DNA of 29,619 bases from Octopus sinensis. Lineage: Eukaryota. Below are positions 20,975 through 29,619 of the stretch, piece by piece. Where the stretch lies: positions 1 through 29,619 of the forward strand of contig NW_021833132.1 of NCBI RefSeq assembly GCF_006345805.1. The letters run 5' to 3'. The position numbers and the translations under genes are program-made. The stretch's first letter is position 1. Each line of letters opens with the position of its first letter. The notes under the pieces were generated by a model. The model saw only the letters and a program-made list of their open reading frames with translations, ran no database searches and was not told the DNA's origin.

Positions 20975-21430
20975 CCATTTATAAAAGAAAACAAAAGATC
21001 TTGAGTAAGTTGAGAAAGAAAAAATTTGGAAAGATCAATCATAAATATCAGGCAGTGACAACGGAAAGCACACTTGCCTTTTGTACGTGCCACTATTTTA
21101 GCGATTAAAAATAACGAAAAAAAGGATTTCTTTGTTAAATTTGGTATTTATTTTGGGAATTTTTCGACGATTGACCATGCAAATAAAAGCTCTAAACACA
21201 CACACATATATATAAATTAACACAATATATCTGATTATTAATATCTGTCATGATTGTGTGGTGGTGATGGGCGATAATAATTCACCGTTCTAAAAGACCT
21301 GTGGCGGGAATGTTTTAACTTTTGCGGTTGTCAATGCTTTCTGTCTATAGATACAGACAGACGTTCAGTGAGAGAGGTGGTGGATTTTTTAGGGATCCAC
21401 ATAAAAAAAAAAAGGAAAACATATCAATAT

Positions 21431-21830
21431 AGGCGCAGGAGTGGCTGTGTGGTAAGTAGCTTGCTTACCAACCACACGGTTCCGTGTTCAGTTCCACTGC
21501 GTGGCATCTTGGGCAAGTGTCTTCTGCTATAGCCTCGGGCCGACCAATGCCTTGTGAGTGGATTTGGTAGACGGAAACTGAAAGAAGCCTGTCGTATATA
21601 TATATATATATGTATGTGTGTGTATATGTTTGTGTGTCTGTGTTTGTCCCCCCACCATCGCTTGACAACCGATGCTGGTGTGTTTACGTCCCCGTTACTT
21701 AGCGGTTCGGCAAAAAGAGACCGATAGAATAAGTACTGGGCTTACAAAGAATAAGTCCCGGGGTCGATTTGCTCGACTAAAGGTGGTGCTCCAGCATGGC
21801 CGCAGTCAAATGACTGAAATAGAGTAATTA
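21431..21830 (+). mobile_element. SINE-A, full length
   Basis: Family A match. Confidence 0.9.
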
Positions 21831-22447
21831 AAGAAAAATTTATACTTATACAGAGAAGACTGTTGGGGGACACGGTAAAGATACTTGAGGGCTGCATGCA
21901 ACCCCTGGAGCTGCAGTTGGAAACTATTGCTGTATTTGCTTGGAGGCCCGGAGTGCAGTAGCTGCAAACAGACAGATGGCACACTCTCAAACGACACCCC
22001 CACTAATTGAAAGATAGCAGAAGTTTATCAAATCAACCTACCCAAGGTTCGAACCACTGACTTAAATGTTTGCAGGTTGACTTGATTAATTGTAAGTGAA
22101 AGGAGGTGAGGTGGTAAAGTGTTAGAAAAAAATGCTCTATGATGTTTCATTATGTTTAACTACCCCATCCCCACCCTGGGGTCCGTGGAGGGATGATAAA
22201 ATAAGCATTAGTCATGTACCGCATCGTTTAATCAACCGTGCCCATCCCTCCTCACCCTATATATGTTGTCTTGGGTTAATGTAAGGAATTATTAATTAAC
22301 CGTGTGAATGGAATTGAATTATAAATTCAACTCCAGAGCCATATAAATGTATGTATGTTTGTGTGTACGTATGTATGCATGCGTGCATATATGTATGTGT
22401 ATGCATGAATGGATGTATCCATATATACATATATACATATATATATA

Positions 22448-22592
22448 TATATAATATTAATTAGAGACAAAACCACTATTTTGCAAAACAAACAAGGAAA
22501 GACTTAATCAATACATAAGATTTTAATAAAAAGTCAAAAAAACCTTGTTTGTTTTGCAAAATAGTGGTTTTGTCTCTAATTAATATTATATA
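22448..22592. repeat. Hairpin with perfect 50-bp arms and 45-bp spacer
   Basis: tatataatattaattagagacaaaaccactattttgcaaaacaaacaagg and its exact reverse complement at 22543-22592. Confidence 0.9.
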
Positions 22593-22672
22593 ATATTTTA
22601 CTATAAAATTGGATTTAATCCTAAATCTGATTTTTTTTCCCTGTAAATTTGGATTTATTCCCTAATATTTAT

Positions 22673-22704
<32 letters not shown>

Positions 22705-22789
22705 AACAATTTAACAAATAAAACATATGCATACATACATACATATATGTACATACCTACATCTATATGTATATATACATGCATATATG

Positions 22790-23045
22790 AGTCCAGGACA
22801 CCACAAATAAACGTAGAACACAACGAGAAACGGAAACATAAAAACAAACAAGGAAACGGACTCTTTTTAACAACGAAAGAACAGAGTACAAGACAAACAA
22901 CACAAGGAACATTCCCCTTCATCAGCTGTCCCTGGTTCGACTCAATGCGTGTTTCGAAGGTAAGGGCAGAACACGACCACGCCGAAGCAGTCCTTCCTGC
23001 AAAATGAATTAAATAAAATTCTTTTGCAGAGGGGTAAAAAAAGAA
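22790..23045. mobile_element. Interspersed repeat fragment related to the 13021-13249 arms
   Basis: Shared caagacaaacaaca(c/t)aa(g/a)gaac...cccttcatcag; class uncertain, possibly Penelope-associated. Confidence 0.4.
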
Positions 23046-23106
23046 AAAAAGTGACAAGAACAGGACGTAAAAGCAATATATATATATAATATATATATAT
23101 ATAAAA

Positions 23107-23338
23107 GGCGGTGAGCTGGCAGAAACGTTAGCACGCCGGGCGAAATACGTAGCCGTATTTCGTCTGCCGTTACGTTCTGAGTTAAAATTCCGCCGAGGTC
23201 AACTTTGCCTTTCATCCTTTCGGGGTCGATAAATTAAGTACCAGTTACGCACTGGGATCAATGTAATCGACTTAATCCGTTTGTCTGTCCTTATTTGTCC
23301 CCTCTGTGTTTAGCCCCTTGTGGGTAGTAAAGAAATAT
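23107..23338 (+). mobile_element. SINE-B monomer, full length, within (TA)n
   Basis: ggcggtgagctggcagaaacgttagc...taaagaaata. Confidence 0.9.
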
Positions 23339-24019
23339 ATATATATATATATATATATGGATAGATAGGTAGATGAAGTGAGAGAGAGAGAAAGAGAGGA
23401 GATAAAGACAGACACATACACATAAATAGATAAATATATAGATTGACATACATATATATGCGAGTGTGTGTGTGCACATAATACATATACCCTAATTATC
23501 TGATAATTTAGTCGGTTATATATTCATCTCCAGGGAAAATATTTCTCTCTGTATGTATTTATTTCAAGTAGCAGTGAGGAGAAACTGTTATGATCACTCA
23601 CCAAGGATGATGGTGGTTCGTAAAATTATGGCTTTCAATCACGAACACACACACAAAAACATTGCCTCAACACGCTCTTTATTCATAAATTCATTTGTCG
23701 TGAACCATATTCAGTGATGAAACCTTCACCATGTTTGCCTCTCATTGACACTTGGTATAACTGACTTTTACAGACGACTTGCAGAGCATTTATGAATATA
23801 TATTTCTATTTTTGAAAAAAATGACAAAAAATAATTATTTGGCTGTTTAGATTTAAGATAGTCAAGGATTTAAGATGACTATAAGTGGTGTGTATCGCCA
23901 AGGGTTAAATAGAAAAGTGGCTAAAAAGCATGAATTCGTAAGTGGGGTAATGAATTTTGCCTAGGGGATTTAAACCTAGATCCAATATTTTGTTACAAAC
24001 AAAACTGAGAAGACCTTAT

Positions 24020-24500
24020 ACTGCCTCCCGTGGTGGGGCCTTGGTACAAGAGTTTCAGCGCTTTGAGGAGCGTGGAACCACCTCTTAGTCACTATTTGTC
24101 CCCATGTTTAATCTGACCTGGAGTTGTACCATCTGTTAGGGCCCCAGCAATGGGTTAACTGGCATATTAGAGCTTGCTTCAAACCCGGGTTATTTGATAA
24201 TCTGATAATCGATGGTAACTTGGTCAGTGAATCCTCTGTAATGGTCAACAATCAATGACAATCAATGAACTGCTATGGATGACAGTATCCCAAAGTGTGT
24301 ATGCCTGTGACCAGGGACCCCATGTGAATTTGTATTCTCACTGAAACTCTGAACACCTCAACAACGAATGGCAACTACGGCTACGGCATCCACGCTATTC
24401 AATGCGCTTGCTTACCCGGTGGAGCTTTTGTCAAATTGGCAAGTTGGAATTTTGGGCAGCAGAAAGAAGCATTACGTTGCCTGCTGGAACATTAAGGCCG
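24020..24500 (+). mobile_element. Possible 5' fragment of a non-LTR retrotransposon
   Basis: GC-richer UTR-like segment then HYVACWNIK, resembling the AP-endonuclease first motif (xATWNV); not confirmed. Confidence 0.3.
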
Positions 24501-24728
24501 ACCGTTGGACGGGGGTCGGCATTCATGAGGGATGCGGTGAACTCGTTGGTCAGCGCCGGCTCAACCCACCTTGGGTGAATGTTGCCGCAAGTAGAAACAA
24601 GTACATGTAAGTGCTTCCAAAATATGGAGAAGGATGGAAGCAAAGTATGGTCAGTGGGCAGTGCAATCATTACTAGGACATCCTCAGGGGACCCACTCCC
24701 ACCACCACCACTGAAGGACTTCAGTATC

Positions 24729-25115
24729 AATGGAAGCACTCCGTCGGTTACGACGACGAGGGTTCTGGTTGATCCGAATCAACGGAACAGCCTGCTCGTG
24801 AAATTAACGTGTAAGTGGCTGAGCACTCCTCAGACATGTGTACCCTTAACGTAGTTCTCGGGGATATTCAACGTGACACAGAGAGTGACAAGGCCGGCCC
24901 TTTGAAATACAGGTACAACAAAAACAGGAAGTAAGAGTGAGAGAAAGTTGTGGTGAAAGAGTACAGCAGGGATCACCACCATCCCCTGCCGGAGCCTCGT
25001 GGAGCTTTAGGTGTTTTCGCTCAATAAACACTCACAACGCCCGGTCTGGGAATCGAAACCGTGATCCTATGACCCCGAGTCCGCTGCCCTAACCACTGGG
25101 CCATTGCGCCTCCAC
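24729..25115 (-). mobile_element. SINE family C, full length, 9-bp TSD
   Basis: Closely matches 14050-14432; TSD cttcagtat at 24719-24727 and 25116-25124. Confidence 0.9.
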
Positions 25116-25199
25116 CTTCAGTATTAATGCAGAATCATGAAATATCCTTCCTGTTGAGGGTTCTACCTGTTGCAGTTTCATTAGGAAAGGTGTGAGTCA

Positions 25200-25988
25200 A
25201 TATGCATTAATTAATGCGGTTCTTTTTATACTTCTTTTATTTTTCAAAATTAAAATAAACAGTTCTTTTTAAATCTAAAATATACATTCCTTCAATTTCT
25301 GCAATGCACTCCATTTAGTAGACTTGCAAGGCTCCTCTTCCAAACTTCACTTGTCCGTGAAGAAAAATACTTCTCCAGTACTGTTCTGACCTCGTCTACA
25401 GAATTCGTACTTTTTCTGTCCAAATGATTTTGAAGACTGCAGAATAAATGATAACCAGGTGGGGCAATATCTGGCGAATATGGTGGGTGGGGCATTGTTT
25501 CCCATTCAGACTGTTCCAGCCTTTGGAATGTCATCCTCGCTTTATGTGGCCAAGTATTATCCTGATGGAAGAACACCTTTTGTTTTGAAACCAAAGATGG
25601 TCATTTCTCTTCTAGCACTGATTTAAGCCGCTCAAGCTGCTTGCAGTAGAATACCTTTGCTAACATTTAGTTTGGGTTTAAAAGTTCAAAGTGGACTAAA
25701 CCTTTCACATCCCACCAAACAGATAACAACACCTTACATGGGTGAAGACCTTCTTTAGCCTGGGGTGCTGGTGTTTCTCCTTTTCCCCACCTACTGTCTT
25801 CGGCGCTTGACATTTTTATAGAGAACCCATTTCTTGTCACCAGTTGCTATTTGGTCCAAAAAAGGTCCATTTGTGAGACATAGCAGCAGGGAAGAGCACA
25901 CATTCACTCTCTGTGCACAACTAGACTTGAAAAGTTTGTGAGGATCTCAGACCCAATTTGCTGACTTTACTGATGGCATGCAGGTGTG
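25200..25988 (-). pseudogene. Mariner (DD34D) transposase remnant with a TIR-like end near 25200-25230
   Basis: QRVNVCSSLL..FLDQIATGDKKWVLYKN..LHPCKVLLSVWWDVKG..FFHQDNTWPH..HPPYSPDIAP.GYHLF, with in-frame stops. Confidence 0.9.
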
Positions 25989-26124
25989 GATGAATGTACG
26001 TATGTTTGCATGCGTGTATGTGAGGGTGTGTGTATATAGACACACACATATTTACATACATACACACTTACACACGCATATATATCGCTTGTATAATGAT
26101 CATGCTATTTTCTGGCCACTTTTG

Positions 26125-26178
26125 GTGCTATCTATCTAACTATCTATCTATCTATCTATCTATCTATCTGTCTATCTA

Positions 26179-26240
<62 letters not shown>

Positions 26241-26242
26241 TA
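26125..26242. repeat. (TATC)n plus (TA)n microsatellite
   Basis: Direct reading. Confidence 0.9.
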
Positions 26243-26469
26243 TACTTAATAATTAGGGTTCAGCAAGATTGCTTCACCACATACCGAAGTCTAGAAATAG
26301 CAGTCAAAAAATCTTAGAAATTCCTTCTACTTTAAAAGGGACTCCCAGTACTTTGGTTTTTCTGGGAGTCCCTTTTAAAGTAGAAGGAATAGCTAAGATT
26401 TTTTGACTGCTATTTCTAAACTTCTGTATGTGGTGAAGCAAATCTTTGCTGAACCCTAATTATAAAGTA
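26243..26469. mobile_element. Fold-back MITE (~105-bp arms, short loop, TA flanks)
   Basis: aattagggttcagcaagattgcttcaccacatac...gggactcccag / ctgggagtccc...gtatgtggtgaagcaaatctttgctgaaccctaatt. Confidence 0.8.
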
Positions 26470-26567
26470 TTACTTAAGCTTACCATGAAATGGTCCTTTT
26501 TCATGCCGAATTCTACTTGGTGAAATTACTGATTACTTCTTAATTAATCAATTTTACCCTTTGTTAT

Positions 26568-27539
26568 TATATATATATATATTTTTTATTTTTTATTTTA
26601 TCTAGTTTCAGCTCACTTATATATAAGTAAATAAATGATACAACGAAGCACCGATATCTACTGGAAAATAGCGAACGTAATAAATACAACGCTAATGTAT
26701 AGCTTCACTGCGTATGTACTAGTAAAGATGCATGTGTGCAACAAACATGAAAAAAATTGTCTTACTTCTAGGAAGAACATCTGAAAAATGAAAAACCTAG
26801 ATAACGGATAATGCAGTACCGGTTTCGGATTTTTCAAAATACGCTTGCCAAACGTATATTTGATTTATCTTTATCAGCTGCATAAACCTCAACAATATTT
26901 CAAATGTTGCCACATCTATGCCAGTACACTCGTCTGAATGCCAAGACGTTAACAGAACGAGAACAGTGAAGAAGTTTCAATGAAAATAGTAATGCAATAC
27001 TAGAATATTGCTTTCCAGTAAATTAATTTAATTGTTACGCGTGTGTCTATATATATATATATATTTTTTATTTTTTATTTTATCTAGTTTCAGCTCACTT
27101 ATATATAAGTAAATAAATGATACAACGAAGCACCGATATCTACTGGAAAATAGCGAACGTAATAAATACAACGCTAATGTATAGCTTCACTGCGTATGTA
27201 CTAGTAAAGATGCATGTGTGCAACAAACATGAAAAAAATTGTCTTACTTCTAGGAAGAACATCTGAAAAATGAAAAACCTAGATAACGGATAATGCAGTA
27301 CCGGTTTCGGATTTTTCAAAATACGCTTGCCAACGTATATTTGATTTATCTTTATCAGCTGCATAACCTCAACAATATTTCAAATGTTGCCACATCTATG
27401 CCAGTACACTCGTCTGAATGCCAAGACGTTAACAGAACGAGAACAGTGAAGAAGTTTCAATGAAAATAGTAATGCAATACTAGAATATTGCTTTCCAGTA
27501 AATTAATTTAATTGTTACGCGTGTGTCTATATATATATA
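26568..27539. repeat. 482-bp tandem duplication bounded by (TA)n
   Basis: tctagtttcagctc at 26601 and 27083; the copies differ by two 1-bp homopolymer indels that I could see. Confidence 0.92.
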
Positions 27540-27707
27540 ATACTATTTATTATTTTGTACTTTATTTAGTTATAGGTAAATGTTTTATAGTATATTAAAT
27601 TTTTTTCTATATGGCATGATTTAATTATATCATTGTTTGAATTGCTACATGGTGGTTCTTCTCTAATTTATATACATATACATATTTACATATATATTTA
27701 TACACAC

Positions 27708-27738
<31 letters not shown>

Positions 27739-28035
27739 ACCACACTATTTACCAGCTTCTTCATCTTCTTGTGTCCTCCAATTACAGTCTGTATAAATAG
27801 ACATACTACAATTTCAATGTCAAACTTCGATGAGATGTCAACTGATCAAGGGATCAATTGATTGAGGTGACAGAACAGATAAACAGCAGCTTTCTGTTGG
27901 GATTCAGAGATCAATGAACTTTGATTGATGAACTGCAGTCGACCTCATGAAGAAGAGTGCGAAATTGGAGGAGATTCAACATGGCGTATCATCTAATTTT
28001 TTAACAGATTCTGGATGTTCTCCTTTTGAAGGCCA

Positions 28036-28200
28036 GATTTCAACACAATTTCTAGTTAACTAAACACTTTAAAACTTCGTATACTGGTAGAATGTGTCAA
28101 AATAAAACCTTTTTTTTCTCTTGGCTTTCTTGAGAAAATTGTAATTTGTTTGTTTAACGTAGTTTAATTTTTTGAATTTTAACCAATCCTATGCTCTCTT
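28036..28200. mobile_element. Diverged arm fragment of the 1257-2036 MITE family
   Basis: aaacttcgtatactggtagaatgtgt...ttctcttggcttt shared. Confidence 0.65.
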
Positions 28201-28269
28201 TTGAGCTAAAATCATTTGCTGCGTCTAAAACTGAGACAACATCCTGTCACTGTTATGTGACATCCTGTC

Positions 28270-28818
28270 ACTCTTTTACTCTTTTACTTGTTTCAGTCAT
28301 TTGACTGCGGCCATGCTGGAGCACCGCCTTTAGTCGAGCAAATCGACCCCAGGACTTATTCTTTGTAAGCCCAGTACTTATTCTATCGGTCTCTTTTGCC
28401 GAACCGCTATGTGACAGGGACGTAAACACACCAGCATCGGTTGTCAAACACAGACACACAAACACATACACATACATATATATATATATACGACAGGCTA
28501 CCAAATCCACTCACAAGGCATTGATCGGCCCTGGGCTATAGCAGAAGACACATGCCCAAGATGCCACGCAGTGGGACTGAACCCGGGACCAAGTGGTTGG
28601 TTAGCAAGCTACTTACCACACAGCCACTCCTGCGCCTATATATATATACATATATACGACAGGCTTCTTTCAGTTTCTGTCTACCAAATCCACTCACAAG
28701 GCTTTAGTCAGCCTGAGGCTATAATAGAAGATATTTGCCCAAGGTGCCACACAGTGGGACTGAACCCGGAACCACGTGGTTGGGAAGGAAGCTTCTTACC
28801 ACACGGCCACATCTGCAC
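28270..28818 (-). mobile_element. Two adjacent SINE-A copies (28270-28637 with deletions; 28638-28818 5' half)
   Basis: Reverse complement of family A. Confidence 0.85.
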
Positions 28819-29441
28819 CTGAGTTTCTTCCCTGCTTTATGACATAATATGACGAGACATAATGGTGGGATATCTAGCTGGTCTTTCTAGCAGGTTGATC
28901 GACCATGTGGTGACATACCTGTTGCTTTCATGATGATGCTGTTGTCGTCGTTGTTACTATTGTTGCCGTTATGTGTCATGTCTGACATTCTCTTTTATCA
29001 AATCCGATCGTCTTCATGCTGATAGTGTCTCTGAATAATTTAGTTCCATGCTGATAGTTTGCTTTCTTCTTCTTGTCTAATACTTCCAGATAGGAACATT
29101 GCCAAATTTGTGCTCGTTACTGATGCTGCTGTTGTTGTTAAATCTTGATTAGTTCTGTTTAATTACAAGCCAGCCTTGGCCAGCGTAAATTTACCAACAG
29201 GAGGCGATCATGTAACGCCCAGATGAGGAACTAGCGACCGCATAATTGGAATATAAACGTCTTTATTTCGGAATCGAAACCGAGATAAGAAGCGATATGT
29301 TTGCTCAGGCATTTGTATGTTATCTGTGATTTTCACCAAATGTTTTTGTTGGCATCACTCCAGTAAAGCTCTGAGAAGATATTTGAGCACATTTATTCGA
29401 GGATTAAGCAAAATCCTTGAAACTGCATGACCTAGTGACAT

Positions 29442-29465
29442 GGAGGCGCGTGGCTTAGTGGTTAG
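29442..29465 (+). mobile_element. SINE tRNA head interrupted by a hAT-like MITE
   Basis: ggaggcgcgtggcttagtggttag, A-box-like. Confidence 0.55.
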
Positions 29466-29467
29466 CA

Positions 29468-29619
29468 CAGTGCTTTTCAAACTTTTTGCTGGAACGGAAC
29501 CCCAAGGAAACATTCCACTGGCTCGAGGAACCCCTGTGCAATAATTTAATACTCTTATGCACACATATTTGCACTGCCGATTTTAGCAGTTTTGTAACTT
29601 CTGCGGAACCCCTGGGCTG
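29468..29619 (+). mobile_element. hAT-like MITE left end, running off the window
   Basis: cagtgcttttcaaactttt...ggaacccc resembles the hAT/Charlie CAGTGGTTNTCAAAC terminus. Confidence 0.55.

Noticed and set aside
21885-21932. Possible hAT MITE right end (gggctgcatgcaacccc...cagttggaaactattg)
   Set aside because: No partner terminus or TSD found; too short to support.
22905-22935. Third hammerhead (minus-strand CUGAUGAAGGG)
   Set aside because: No GAAAC follows the putative stem II.

Overview
AT-rich, repeat-saturated eukaryotic DNA with no supportable host protein-coding exon. The SINE families, with their internal (TA)n/(TG)n tracts, match those I recall from octopus genomes, so a coleoid cephalopod origin is inferred. 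Contents: many tRNA-derived SINEs of four families (labelled A-D here); a ~4.1 kb decayed Merlin (IS1595/ISXO2-like) DNA transposon carrying seven nested insertions; a mariner transposase remnant; several fold-back MITEs; a non-autonomous Helitron inside a mariner MITE; Penelope-type fragments with minimal hammerhead ribozyme motifs; and long microsatellites. The most striking structure is a ~1.06 kb cassette (8136-9196): 3'-truncated U6 snRNA, then A18, then a SINE-B head with five 184-bp units. A 19-bp target-site duplication brackets the whole cassette, suggesting one chimeric retrotransposition event into an oppositely oriented SINE-B.
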